A stretch of DNA of 63,473 nt, the filler included, from Octopus bimaculoides (taxonomy: Eukaryota), in the NCBI RefSeq assembly GCF_001194135.2. It is 5 parts of 5 records of this genome, joined end to end, with 100 filler letters (N's around TTAATTAATTAA, not from the genome) between each part and the next. Parts side by side here need not be neighbours in the genome. Positions count along the whole stretch, not along the records: positions 1 to 23,668 come from NC_068984.1; 4 more parts are not named here. The stretch is one strand, 5' to 3'. Below are positions 1 to 11,139 of this stretch, piece after piece. The notes under the pieces were generated by a model. That model saw only the letters and a program-made list of their open reading frames with translations. It made no database searches and was not told the DNA's origin. The position numbers and the translations under genes are program-made. How positions within the stretch are numbered: the stretch's first letter is position 1; each line of letters opens with the position of its first letter.

Positions 1-178
1 AGGCAGAAGCGTTGCCGCGCCGGGCAAAACACTTCGCGACCTTTCCTCTGACTTCATGCTTCAAATGCTGCCGAGACCTATTTTGCCTTCCATCCTTTCG
101 GGATCGGTAAAATAAGTATAATCGACTTTGCCCCTCCACCGAAATTTCTGACCTTGTGCCAAAATTTGCAACCAATAT
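1..178 (+). mobile_element. SINE family A copy (tRNA-derived), degenerate
   Basis: Matches other window copies: head remnant, core CTTCCATCCTTTCGGGATCGGTAAAATAAGTA, tail CCTTGTGCCAAAATTTG. Confidence 0.8.
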
Positions 179-414
179 TCTTTGCCAACACATACCCACT
201 CCATCTTCCGCTCGCACCTTGTTTGTTGAGAAATGGTTGTCCAAAAAACAATTTGTGAAGACATTGTGTTGGTTGGTAATTTTGGTATTTTACAAATTCC
301 AAGAGAAAGAATCATTCGGCAAAAATATCAAAGCATTTCAGTTGAAACAATGCGTGACTATAAAACGAATTATTCTCCATTAACTGAATGAACGTTGCTT
401 TTTCACAGTTCTTA

Positions 415-500
415 TGCACTGCTTGTCATAGAACAGCTCTTAATGGTGTGGATCGACGATCGAATTATATGTAACATGTTGGTAAATTATGAAAGCTATT
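415..500 (+). mobile_element. possible Tigger/pogo transposase remnant
   Basis: Frame reads IEQLLMVWIDDRI, resembling the EKLLMVWIED segment of Tigger-type CENP-B HTH transposases; short and degenerate. Confidence 0.3.
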
Positions 501-639
501 GAAATGAAAACTAAAATTTGTACAACAAAAGGCAGAAACTTCTGATGTAAAACCTTTTCTGACTTGTAAATGCTACTTTGAAATGTTTAAGAGACGCCTA
601 GATTTGCATTACTTTATAATGGCCGCCGAATCTGCTAGT

Positions 640-1085
640 ATTGATGCAAGTTTACATACTTAGGTTCCCCCACATCGGGCGACTTATGAAGCAGTCCTAA
701 TACTCCAATAGGATCTGACAGCAACCAGCCTCAGAGCAGTTGAAGTCCTTGTTGATCGTGTAGTACCAATTCATTTGGGGACGGCCCCTGCGCCGTTGCC
801 CATGGGGGTTCTGCTTAAGGACTTAGTTGGCGAGTTTGTTCGTCCGAAGTCTTATAACATATTCCAGCCAACTCAGTCTGCCTTTACAGATGGACGTTGG
901 TCTGCTCTTCTGATCTGATGAAGTCATTCCATTTGATGCTTGGTATTTTCCCAAGATATCTACTCTTAAAAGCATCCAGTTACTTTTTGGGTTGCTTTCA
1001 AGTTTCGGGTTTCACAACTGCATAGAACGAAGGAAAAGTACGTTGGGGTTGTAGAATTACATTTTGGTGTTTCGATGCCATTAAT
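640..1085 (-). mobile_element. RTE-clade LINE 3' fragment, degenerate
   Basis: Minus strand gives broken C-terminal motifs: CET..LKATQKV.DAF, I.WNDFIR, RL.WL..V.R, GQRRRGRPQMNW. Confidence 0.75.
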
Positions 1086-1342
1086 TAGCCTGATGAGTTA
1101 AGACAAAATGGATAATGACGACAGATAGGCAACATAATAATCATTCAATGTTAATGAAACTGGAATATTCTGGAAACATGGTTGTTAAGATTGTTAATTC
1201 TAGTGAAGAAGAATCAGCATGAAGCTTCCAAAAGTCATCTGATGCTTCTTGTAGCAGGAAACCCTGCTGAGGAGATGAAATGAAATATTCCAACAAACAT
1301 TGGTTGTAGAGAACAAATACAAATGCACATACATACACACAA

Positions 1343-1594
1343 TGGCTCTCCGTCGGTTACGATGATGACTGTTCCAGTTGACCCGATCGATGGAACAGCC
1401 TGCTTGGTAAATTAGCGTGCAAGTGGCTGAGTACTTCACAGACACGCGTACTCTTAACGTAGTTCTCAGGGAGATTCAGCGTGACACAGGATGTAACAAG
1501 TCCGGCGCTTTGAAATACAGATGCTATTCATTTTTGCTAGGTGAGTGGATATAAATAACGTGAAATAAAGTGTCTTGCTCAAGGACACAACGCG
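1343..1594 (-). mobile_element. SINE family B copy lacking its tRNA head
   Basis: Reverse complement of the family B body and tail seen at 1608-1919 and 29968-30358. Confidence 0.85.
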
Positions 1595-1607
1595 GGCACA
1601 CGCATGT

Positions 1608-1919
1608 GAAGGTGCGTGGCTTAGTGGTTAGGGTATTCGGTTCATGATTGTGAGGTTATGAGTTCGATTCCCGGCGGCACGTTGTGTTCTTGAGCAAAAA
1701 CCCTTTATTTCACGTCGTTCGAGTCCACGCAACTGGCAGAAATTAATTATACCTGTAATTCAATGGGGACCAGCCTTATCACACTCTGTCATGTTGAATC
1801 TACCTGAGAACTAATTTGTCTGTGGAGTGCTCAGTCACTTGGATGTTAATTCCACGAGCAAGCTTTTCCATAGACTGGATCAACTTGGAAGACTCGTCGC
1901 CGCAACCGACGAAGGGCCA
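1608..1919 (+). mobile_element. SINE family B (tRNA head, CORE-like centre)
   Basis: A-box TGGCTTAGTGG, B-box GAGTTCGATTCCC, centre GTGTTCTTGAGCAAAAACCCTTTATTTCACG, shared tail. The CORE assignment is from memory of SINE domains. Confidence 0.85.
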
Positions 1920-2159
1920 GTTTATACAGGGTATGTGGGAGCCTTTTCTACAGTATTACACTGAATGCCTTCTCAATCACTATTCAAAAGCACACACATC
2001 ATATACACTCCCTAATTAAGTAAATAAACTCCGCATTTATCTATTTATCAGTCAATTGAAGGTGGCAAGTCTAATTAATGCCTCCACAAACGACGGATGT
2101 TTCAAATGGAGCGTGTAAATGTGTGGAGCTGCAGCTATTAGTTGGGACAGCGACGACTA

Positions 2160-2465
2160 TGTTGCTGTTGTTGATGGTTTGTTGTTCTTGCTGTTGTCTA
2201 TGAAGATGGCGATGAGAACGATGATGACGATAATGATCATTTGTAAGGGGATAAACTAATGTTGATAATGGTGGTGGTGCCTTTCAGATTTGCAATGGCT
2301 TAGTATACACATATGATATTGTTGATACGGTGGGTGGTGGCGATGGTGGCCACGGCAGAGGTGACGGTAGTGATGGTGATGGGGATGGTGTTGCTGGTGG
2401 GGATGGTGGTGGTCTTTGTTGTCGTTGTGATGGTAGTTAAGGTGATTGTGGGGTTAGCAGTGATT
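2160..2465. repeat. degenerate (GGT/GAT/GTT)n trinucleotide tract
   Basis: Cryptic trinucleotide periodicity; explains the Val/Met-rich ORF 2313-2597. Confidence 0.8.
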
Positions 2466-2652
2466 TTTCATTTATTACGCAAAAAAGGAGAGTCAGAGCC
2501 CTTTGAAGCTGCCAGTGTCCTGCCCCGAACATTTCCTGGGCAACGGGGCCAAACAAAAACAAAAGGGACAATAGGGTCCAGTTTTATGCCCAAATAACTG
2601 CAACAGTGTAAATTCCGCTAAAGATGTTACGCCCAGCATCATGTTAAGTTCC

Positions 2653-2654
<2 letters not shown>

Positions 2655-2741
<87 letters not shown>
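2655..2741. repeat. (GT)n microsatellite
   Basis: About 43 perfect GT units. Confidence 0.98.
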
Positions 2742-2742
<1 letters not shown>

Positions 2743-2770
2743 TAAGACTGGTGTTAGTATGGTTTGGCAG

Positions 2771-2974
2771 ATTGGTTTCAAATTTTGGCACAAGGCCAGC
2801 AATTTCTGGAGAAGGAGCAAGTCATTTACACCGACCCCAGTATTCAGCTGGTATTCATCTGAAGGATGAAAGGAAAAGTCGACGTCGGCGGAATTTGAAC
2901 TCAGAACGCAGAGACGGATGAAACCTTGCTAAGCATTTGGCCCAGCGCCGTAGACATTCTGCTTGCTCACCGCC
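2771..2974 (-). mobile_element. SINE family A
   Basis: GGATGAAAGGAAAAGTCGACGTCGGCGGAATTTGAACTCAGAACG is the reverse complement of the family core and B-box. Confidence 0.9.
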
Positions 2975-3189
2975 CTGGTGATTAAATGGTCGTTGCTGCT
3001 GCTAGTAGTGATGGTGATGATGATGGTGTTGTCGTCGTCGTCGTTGTTTTTGCTGCTGCTACTGCTGCTGCTGCTGCTGCTGCTGTTAATGATGTAATCA
3101 GTATGACATAGTTATTGATAATAATGACGGTAGTTCGATATGTTTTTGTAGCTACCAACTGTTGTGTAACCCCAACTGAACAAACCTAC

Positions 3190-3265
3190 GATCAAGGCCA
3201 CCCCAGCAGGACTGAACCCGAAACCACGCGGTTGCCAAGTCAGTTTCTTAACTGTACAGCCATAC
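3190..3265 (-). mobile_element. SINE family C head fragment
   Basis: GGACTGAACCCGAAACCACGCGGTTGCCAAG is the reverse complement of the family C tRNA-like head. Confidence 0.6.
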
Positions 3266-3310
3266 TGATGCATGCATGCATGCATGCATACATACATGCA
3301 TACGTACTGC

Positions 3311-3346
<36 letters not shown>

Positions 3347-3350
3347 TTAC

Positions 3351-3479
3351 AAAAACAGGGGACTTCCCCGGATGTAAATTGTCTTTTGTGTAGACAGAGA
3401 AGGGATCTGAATCTTGCCATCTGCCCCCTTTCGGTGCAGCCCTGACTCAACTTCTGCGGCAAAGTCACGCTTCGATAAA
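3351..3479 (-). CDS. candidate exon, 129 nt, product unknown
   Basis: Unique GC-richer island; acceptor TCTCTATTCTCCAACAAG and donor TT|GTAAGC; two open frames (YRSVTLPQKLSQGCTERGQMARFRSLLCLHKRQFTSGEVPCF or LSKRDFAAEVESG...). No family recognised. Confidence 0.25.
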
Positions 3480-3559
3480 CTTGTTGGAGAATAGAGATAA
3501 ATACAACATCTTTTTTTCTTTTCTTTTTTTTTCAAAAAGAACATCTCCAGATCGGTACC

Positions 3560-3760
3560 GTTGCTACCCTCACCACCACCACTACCATTAGCATTCCCTT
3601 GAACACTATTACATCATCATTCTCCTCATTAGCATCATCATCATCACCACCATCACCATCATTACATTTTCATCGTCGTTAACCATCATCGCTGCCATTG
3701 TTGTAATTATCATCATCAACCTTGTCATCACCGTCGTCTTCGTCGTCACCAAGCCCCAAC
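3560..3760. repeat. degenerate (CAT/CAC)n tract
   Basis: Trinucleotide low complexity. Confidence 0.8.
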
Positions 3761-3899
3761 AATTCATTTCTAAAATTCTGATATTTAATTTTTGTTATTC
3801 AAAATTTGGTCAATGTTTACAATATTACCCGGAAACAAAATAAAAAAAAGAATAGAGCAACAGACGCAAAAAAAATGTGTGGGAAATGAATATGAAAAA

Positions 3900-4115
3900 A
3901 AAATGTGCGGAAATCAACGGGCGGGGAGGACTTCGGAAAATTCACAAGATCCGAGTTTTTCCCTCATAATTTTTAGGAAAATTTTTTTTTTAATGAAATT
4001 TTATATAAATACCATTCAACCGGCATAGATTACGATTATAAAGAAATTTGTGGCAAAATCTTTGCCGGGGGATGGAGAGAGAACTTCGGAATATTCACAA
4101 GATCCGAGTTTTTCG
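3900..4115. repeat. diverged ~140-bp direct duplication, unclassified
   Basis: CTTCGGAA(A/T)ATTCACAAGATCCGAGTTTTT occurs near 3930 and near 4085. Confidence 0.7.
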
Positions 4116-4852
4116 CCCATAACTTGGTAACAGNNNNNNNNNNNNNNNNNNNNNNNNNNNNNNNNNNNNNNNNNNNNNNNNNNNNNNNNNNNNNNNNNNN
4201 NNNNNNNNNNNNNNNNNNNNNNNNNNNNNNNNNNNNNNNNNNNNNNNNNNNNNNNNNNNNNNNNNNNNNNNNNNNNNNNNNNNNNNNNNNNNNNNNNNNN
4301 NNNNNNNNNNNNNNNNNNNNNNNNAGGGATTGGGGGTAATTTCGGAAATTTCACCGGAATCCACTTCAATTCGTTTTAACTTCCACGAAAATGGATATTT
4401 TGTAATGAAATTATCTACAAATACACCTCGAACAATGTAGATTCCGAGGACATAGGAATTTGGGGGCAAAACAATTGGGGGTTATTTTTGAGAACTGTTC
4501 CCCACTCGCGGGTGTTTTTGAACAAGTCGTCCATATTTGTTTCATTTCCTGTTTTGTGCGCTTGTGCATCCGTAGATTTCTAACACACACACACACGCAC
4601 ACACACACACACACACACATATATATGTAATTAAAAAAGTTTAAATGGGGAATTATTCCATTCAATATCATGTTTATTATAGAGATTATGTAACAGATTA
4701 TGCTTTACATTTCTATATTTAGCTGTGCGTGTATATTCCTTATTTTTGTTTCTGGTGTCTTCTGCCTTTCTATTAGAAACGTTACCTGGGAATTTACTCA
4801 AAGTGAAAAGAAAGATCGTATGCAACAGATAAGTCGGCTTAATAACATATTT

Positions 4853-5065
4853 CGGTGAGCTGGCAGAAACGTTAGCACGCCGGGCGAAATGCTTAGCCGT
4901 ATTTCATCTGTCTCTACGTTCTGAGTTCAAATTCCGCCGAGGTTGACTTTGCCTTTCATCGTTTGGGGGTCGATAAATTAAGTACCAGCTGCGTACTGGA
5001 GTGGATCTAATCGACTATCCCCCACCCCAAAACATTTCGAGCCTTGTGCCTACAGTAGAAAAGAG
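4853..5065 (+). mobile_element. SINE family A, near full length
   Basis: A-box TGGCAGAAACGTT, B-box GAGTTCAAATTCC, core, tail CCTTGTGCCTACAGTAGAAAAG. Confidence 0.92.
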
Positions 5066-5302
5066 TATTTCTGTGAAATAGACCTTTAGCTGTTATTTTT
5101 AGCATAACGAGTTTTCTGGTGCGGGCTTCATTTGCGTTCCTTGCCTGTTTGTTGCTTCAGTAGAAACAACAATTTCTTCAAAAAGATTTCAGTATAAACT
5201 TTCGGAAAATATGCTCAAAAACAAACAAAAAATATTCCGTGAATCTTCTTTATATATATATTTCTGTGTGTGTGTATTTATATATTAACTGAGGTGTCTT
5301 AC

Positions 5303-5514
5303 ACAGAGTACAAAAACACAAAACATTAAGGTGAGAATGTAAAGGTATTCCAGGTCCAACGGTTGTTCCTTTGGGCTCCGAATTACGTCATAATGCTGGC
5401 AAGCTGTAATGGAAGCGGATAAACATTCTGGAATAATGCAATGACCGGATTTCCCTGGTCTGAGATTCTCAGGATTAAAACAAGGAGGATTCAAAAAAAG
5501 AGATCGCCATAGAC
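5303..5514 (-). CDS. candidate exon, 212 nt, ending in a hydrophobic segment
   Basis: Acceptor AACTAAAATACAG, donor TGT|GTAAGA. Only one frame is open across it (xLWRSLFLNPPCFNPENLRPGKSGHCIIPECLSASITACQHYDVIRSPKEQPLDLEYLYILTLMFCVFVLC), with stops just outside both ends. Confidence 0.3.
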
Positions 5515-5534
5515 CTGTATTTTAGTTGTATCAT

Positions 5535-5535
5535 C

Positions 5536-5581
<46 letters not shown>

Positions 5582-5617
5582 CTGTCCAGCTCTTTCTTCT
5601 CTCTCTCTCTTTCTCTC

Positions 5618-5692
<75 letters not shown>

Positions 5693-5697
5693 GGAGG
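5535..5697. repeat. compound (CT)n-(AT)n-(AG)n microsatellite
   Basis: Direct inspection. Confidence 0.95.
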
Positions 5698-6502
5698 TAA
5701 AGAATGAGAGAGACAAACAAATAAACAGAGAAATGGGGAGAAATACACTAATAGACATGTGCACATATGTATTTACATGTGTGTGTGTGTTTGTATGTGT
5801 GTATCTACGCATGTATATGCGTCTCTATGTACAAATACATTTCAGTAAAGCCCACATTTTTTCCCTTTGCTCTTCTCCCATTTAGCCAGACGTTACCAAT
5901 TCCGCCTGTTTGTATACAAAGTGCATTAACGTGTCTCTTAAAACGTCTTTATGTATGACAAACTTCATTTCCGCCATCTCTTCTACATCTTCTTAATCTC
6001 ATCCGCTGCTATATAGCATTTAAATTTGGCATGCACATCTTTATTCATTGCTCATAAAAAAGCATCAAGATTTCATATCAAAGGAAGAAAATTGTTTCAT
6101 TTTTACGTTTGATAGAAACAAAAAGGAGTAAAATTTAAAACGGGGAAATAAAGACATGAAACAAAATAATAATAATAATAATAATAATTTATAAATTGTT
6201 CCATTAAGTAACGTTCAAGTTTCAAAGGCAAGAAATGTTTAAGTAGAACATATGATGCCAAAGAAATGCGAGAAAGAGAAGAAGAAGAAGAAAGCCTTAC
6301 ATGAATTGGCCTAAATATATTTTCGTGCTGACAGAGAAAATATATAAACTTAGAAAGACATTACGTTTGAGAGTAATATTTATATGAGTGTGTGTATGTG
6401 GGAGTGTGTGTGTGAGTGAGTGAGTGTGTGTGTGTGTGTGCACGCATATGTATACATACATACATGCATACGTGTATGTATGTATGCAGAGATGTGTGTG
6501 CG

Positions 6503-6790
6503 GGAAGGCGCATGGCGTAGTGGTTAAGGTGTTGCACTCACGATTGTGAGATCGTAGGTTCGATTCCCAGACAGAGCGTTGCGTTGTGTTCTTGAGCAAA
6601 GCACTTCATTTCACGTTGCTCTGCGATCATTTCGACATCTGACATGTGGCACCCAATTACACCTGTACAGGTGATGTCGATCTGATGGAGAGAGTGAGCT
6701 TATATCTATACAAACATTTGATCATTATAAACAAATGATCTGTGTGGTTGTTTGGTGAGAAATTGTCGAACCCCTTATAGCAAGAACTCA
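6503..6790 (+). mobile_element. SINE family B variant with a different tail
   Basis: Head TGGCGTAGTGG and GGTTCGATTCCC plus the same centre GTGTTCTTGAGCAAAGCACTTCATTTCACGTTGCTC; 3' half unlike 1608-1919. Confidence 0.8.
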
Positions 6791-6859
6791 ACTTGCTATA
6801 AAAGCAGGTAGTCATTTTACTATGTACTTATTCCTAGTGCAAGTTTTGAAGAGTACAGT

Positions 6860-7065
6860 TCGATTTTAACAGTTATTTTTTCAAACCTATAATGGAAGTG
6901 ACAAAGGAACATATTCGGCATATTTTGCTTTATGAGTTCAATAAAGGCAACAACGCAACAGAAAGTGCAAGCAATATTAATGCAGTATTGGGGATCGGAC
7001 AATAAGCATTAGCTAGTGCCAATGGTGGTTCCAGACATTCTGAGCTGGAAGTGAATGTTATCGTT
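6860..7065 (+). mobile_element. mariner transposase N-terminal fragment
   Basis: MEVTKEHIRHILLYEFNKGNNATESASNINAV, a mariner HTH start. Confidence 0.75.
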
Positions 7066-7440
7066 GGTGACAACTCTGGGTATGTTTCGGTCTCATTAAA
7101 CGTCCTCAGAGAAGCACTATCCATTCGTAAGTTCCACGACCCAAAACGACAAGTACATGGAGTTTGTTTTGTGTTTCTGAAAGAGTAACGTACTGATTAA
7201 GCAAATCCAAATAATGGCATTGCAAAATTTCGCTAGGGCGGATCAATATATCAAAATTGTTGTGGGTCGTCATAAAACTAAGATCGATTCGATGAATGAC
7301 AAATTAATCAATTTCCGTTATCCTTTGTGTGTGTGTGCGCGCGCGCGCGTTTGTTATAGTTCGAGAGAACATGGAGTAATTCATTTTTGGAATTAGATCT
7401 CGAAGTACATATAAAGGTATAATTAATAACACCCTAAATA

Positions 7441-7513
7441 TTGGGTTGGAAAACGTTTTTTGAGCTATGTCCAGCCCTCGTCTTTTTCTGTTCAAAAAAG
7501 TTTTTCAACCTAA
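7441..7513. mobile_element. 73-bp mariner-like mini element
   Basis: TA|TTGGGTTGGAAAA...TTTTTCAACCTAA|CA; imperfect 13-bp TIRs resembling mariner ends. Confidence 0.45.
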
Positions 7514-7537
7514 CAAGTACTTCGAGAACCTGTTCCC

Positions 7538-7541
<4 letters not shown>

Positions 7542-7601
<60 letters not shown>
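7542..7601. repeat. (TA)n microsatellite
   Basis: About 30 TA units. Confidence 0.97.
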
Positions 7602-7604
<3 letters not shown>

Positions 7605-7840
7605 TTGAGGTCATAAGTATTGATAAACACGAGAGCATATGAAATAAAAAAAATTTTTGGGAACATTGAAACAGTGGATCTCGAAGCTGATCAGCTATAA
7701 TAATAGTGTTTAAATGTTGGATTTTAAAAAAAACCTTTGCATGAAAGATTAGAAGGCTGTCTGTAAGGCACGAACCCGCAACTCCTGTAAACATATATCT
7801 ATATATATAATTATATCTGCATTGATATGCACATATACAC

Positions 7841-7893
<53 letters not shown>

Positions 7894-8294
7894 TATATAT
7901 ATATCTGCACATACATTCAGTCACACACATACAGCCATAAGTGTTATAGTATTTAGATTAAACTTGAGAGTGAAATCTCCCTAAAACGTCTTATGAAGTC
8001 GAAGCTTTTTCTCATGCAGCATCTGAGGTACGTTAAGCTACGGTAAATTCTTGTAACCCCATACATCATATTAGAAGGGGGGTAGAGAGAAGGAGTCTTA
8101 GTAGGGAGACACACTATGGTGGGATTCCTTCAGCGTCATCTATGGGTTGAGTAGGAGGGGGCGGTGGAGAGAATGCTTAGAGATATTAAAATGATGAGCG
8201 AGAAGGGAATACGAGTGAGTGTCTTCTCATTAAAGAAAATATTAGGTGTCTTAAGTGTTAGTTCGGATCGGGTGGGGGATGCGCTCAACCCTCG

Positions 8295-8700
8295 CTCCTA
8301 CTATTACTGACACCACCATCATCAGCACCACTACAACCACCACCATCACTATACGTCACCATTACTCGCATCGCTACCACCAAGACCCTAACCAGCATCG
8401 CCATCATCCCCCACCACCAGCAGCACTACCACAACCATCAGTATCATCACCATCCTACCATCACCGTCACTACATCACCACCACCATCACCACTACCATC
8501 TAAACGGCTGTCACCGTTATCACTTCACATGACCAACACTACAGAAACACAAGGGTAATCTCAAGAGCCATCATTGGTAGCGTAATCCACCACAACCTGA
8601 CCCTAATCCCACCATCTCAGCAGCCACCAATAATATCATCACCGTCATCGTTATTACCAAATATCACCGGCGCCAATCGTGACCACTACCAACAACGACA
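8295..8700. repeat. degenerate (CAC/CAT)n tract
   Basis: Explains the Thr/His/Pro-rich ORF 8255-8503. Confidence 0.8.
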
Positions 8701-9049
8701 CAAATACTTCAAAATCACGTCGACAATTTAGTATTTAACAAAGATTTTCTTTCAGCTGAGGACGTAGCTTAAATTCTCCGTTATTTTGAAAGATGTTTTG
8801 CATTTTGCAAATAAATTGTTTACACGCTTTTAAGTTACAAAACAATTAGTCGTCATATTTGAATTTTCTTTTTGTTAAATAAGTTTCATCAAACCATTTC
8901 TCTGTCATTATATATATATACATGTGTGTGTGTTTGTGTGTTCTTTTTTTAATCATTTAAATTCTTCCTCTGAAGAAGAAACTAGTTTCTAACAAAGATA
9001 CAAAGCCCCATCTTTGGAATGTAAATAACGAAAACAATGTCACATTTTA

Positions 9050-9232
9050 TACCTGAGAAAAGTCTTGCATATTTTTACTGTTCCGCTTACAAACTGAATT
9101 TGTAACGAGCGAATCAGTCGGTTGATTTCATTTTATGAAGATCCAAGTTTATCCAGACTGACAGTTAGGTATTTATTTACAAAACCAAGTGCTCCAATTA
9201 CTATTGGTAGAAATAATTGGAACTTGAGAAAA
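9050..9232 (-). mobile_element. R4/Dong-type LINE, extreme 3' coding end (second copy)
   Basis: IIFLPIVIGALGFVNKYL...LQIQFVSGTVKICKTFL, the end of a restriction-like endonuclease (REL) domain. Confidence 0.8.
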
Positions 9233-10323
9233 ATCTTGCATATTTTTACTGTTCCACTCAGATTGGACTTGTAATGTACGAATTATCCGGTCAATTTCTC
9301 ATTCTGAAAATCCCAGTTTATCCAGATTCTCCTTTAAGCATTTACTAACAAAACCTAATGCTCCAATTATTATTGGTATGAATATGAATTCATATTCTGG
9401 ATATAGAAGCCGGAGGTTTGGAAGCAGTTGTCCTCTTTTTCTTTGATTTTCAAAGAGATATTTATATTTTCAGGTCAGCTGATCTCTTTGACAGTACATA
9501 CCTTTGCCCCTCTGTCCCAAACAACGATATCTGGCCTGTTATGTTTACATTTGACAGAAGCTTTGATGGGAATATTCCACCAGTATTCCTTGAGTTATTT
9601 ATGAATGTATTCCATAACAGAGGGATTTTCTAAGTTTATTTCAGGACAGTCTTTTTTTGTGGATGGCATTATAAATTGTTTTAGCAACAACATCGTCCTA
9701 CATAGGGAGGTAGTACTGTGACAATATTTTAGGACAGCTGCTAATCACATGCGTGATGTCTTCCACAGAAACATCACACAGCCTACATATGCGGTTGCAC
9801 CTTGGGATTACAAGAGGGTCACTATCTGTTTTGTTCATCAAGTGCTTTGTGGCAATCTCCTGTTCCTGGATTGCAAATGCATAGCTTTCAAGATGTGATG
9901 TGATGTAGTGATGTCCAAGCTTCATGTCAATTCTACTGTCTACTCTGAGTTAAGAGCTCAGCTGTTTTGGAGCTGTATAGGAGATCATCAAGGAGAGAGA
10001 GTGCTTCTTGAGGAACTCCATGCCAACTCGTACAATGTTGCTCACTTCACTTTTCAGCACTGCATTTATATATTTATGTTTTGCTGCTGTTGTTCAGCAG
10101 GTGTTGCCTGGGTGATACCATATGGCATTCGAAGGCTGTCTGCACTGATCTCAGGCCTCTACCACCTTCATTTCTTCTTAAGTAGAGCCTGCCAGCATCA
10201 CCGTTTCTCTGGAATTTCCCAGTTGTTGTCAGGATTTTGCGGGTTTTGATATATATGAAGTGGATTTCCTCTACAGACCAATCAAGTATACCAAATGCTG
10301 GGATCAGCACTGGTACTGCAAAT
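9233..10323 (-). mobile_element. R4/Dong-clade non-LTR retrotransposon, 5'-truncated
   Basis: FAVPVL..FGILDW..KTRKILT..RLYLRRNEGGRGL, CCHC finger CRLCDVSVEDITHVISSCPK, and REL end FIPIIIGALG. Confidence 0.9.
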
Positions 10324-10615
10324 GTATGTATGTATGTATGTATATATGTGTATGTGTGTGTAGATACATACATGTATATATATATATATGATATACTTAG
10401 AGAGAAAGAAAAGGATAGATAGATAGATGTACATATATGTACATCTATCTATCACACACACACACACACACACACACACGAGCGTGTACATATAGATAGA
10501 TGTGTATAAATGTACAAATAGACAAACACACACATACACGCATACACAAGCACACACACAAACACGCATACAAATATGTATTCATATAATGTGTGTATAT
10601 TTATGTGTCAATTTG

Positions 10616-10669
<54 letters not shown>

Positions 10670-10944
10670 CATTTTCAGTGGTGTTGAACATTGACTGCGA
10701 AGTAGTAGTTGTACATCTCAGTGCCAGCAGTCGAGGAATTAACCTAATATCAATGGTTATCCAGCACGTAATTGGATAATCTCCGAGCGGTGCTTAAGTG
10801 GCTAACTTTAATAGTTTATTCAATATAATCTACCCCTGGATTATGTCTGTGTTTAAATGATATGATAAAAGTGCAAGGAACCTACGTTTACATTCTTAAC
10901 GTAGATCTGCTTATAAATTTTATGTGTGAAATTAAAAATTTCGC

Positions 10945-11070
10945 TTTTCTGTTGTGGTTTCAAGTTCAGTCCATCTCCGTGACATCTTCGGCAAGTATTT
11001 TCTACCATATCTCCTAGACGACAAAACCATTGTGAGTGGAATTTCTTGACTGAGAACTATGTAGAAATTT
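10945..11070 (+). mobile_element. SINE family C fragment, degenerate
   Basis: AGTTCAGTCC...GGCAAGTATTTTCTACCATA...TTGTGAGTGGAATTT. Confidence 0.55.
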
Positions 11071-11139
11071 GTCGGATGAATCATTCTTGTTTCAAAGGAA
11101 ATAGAATTAAATGGTTCAGTTTAATATCACAATTGAAAT

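Noticed and set aside
5307-5330. Plus-strand 24-nt microexon (CTTACACAG|...AAG|GTGAGA)
   Set aside because: Weak polypyrimidine tract, and it overlaps the better minus-strand candidate.
5303-5514. Assignment of the candidate exon to the claudin-like (GLW), NKAIN or attractin families
   Set aside because: Only 3-4 residue resemblances; diagnostic Cys/Trp spacing does not match.
8970-8990. CTGAAGA-AGAAACTAGTTTCT (palindromic ACTAGT after GAA) as a hammerhead
   Set aside because: Stem II is absent and stem I does not pair; at most a deleted relic.
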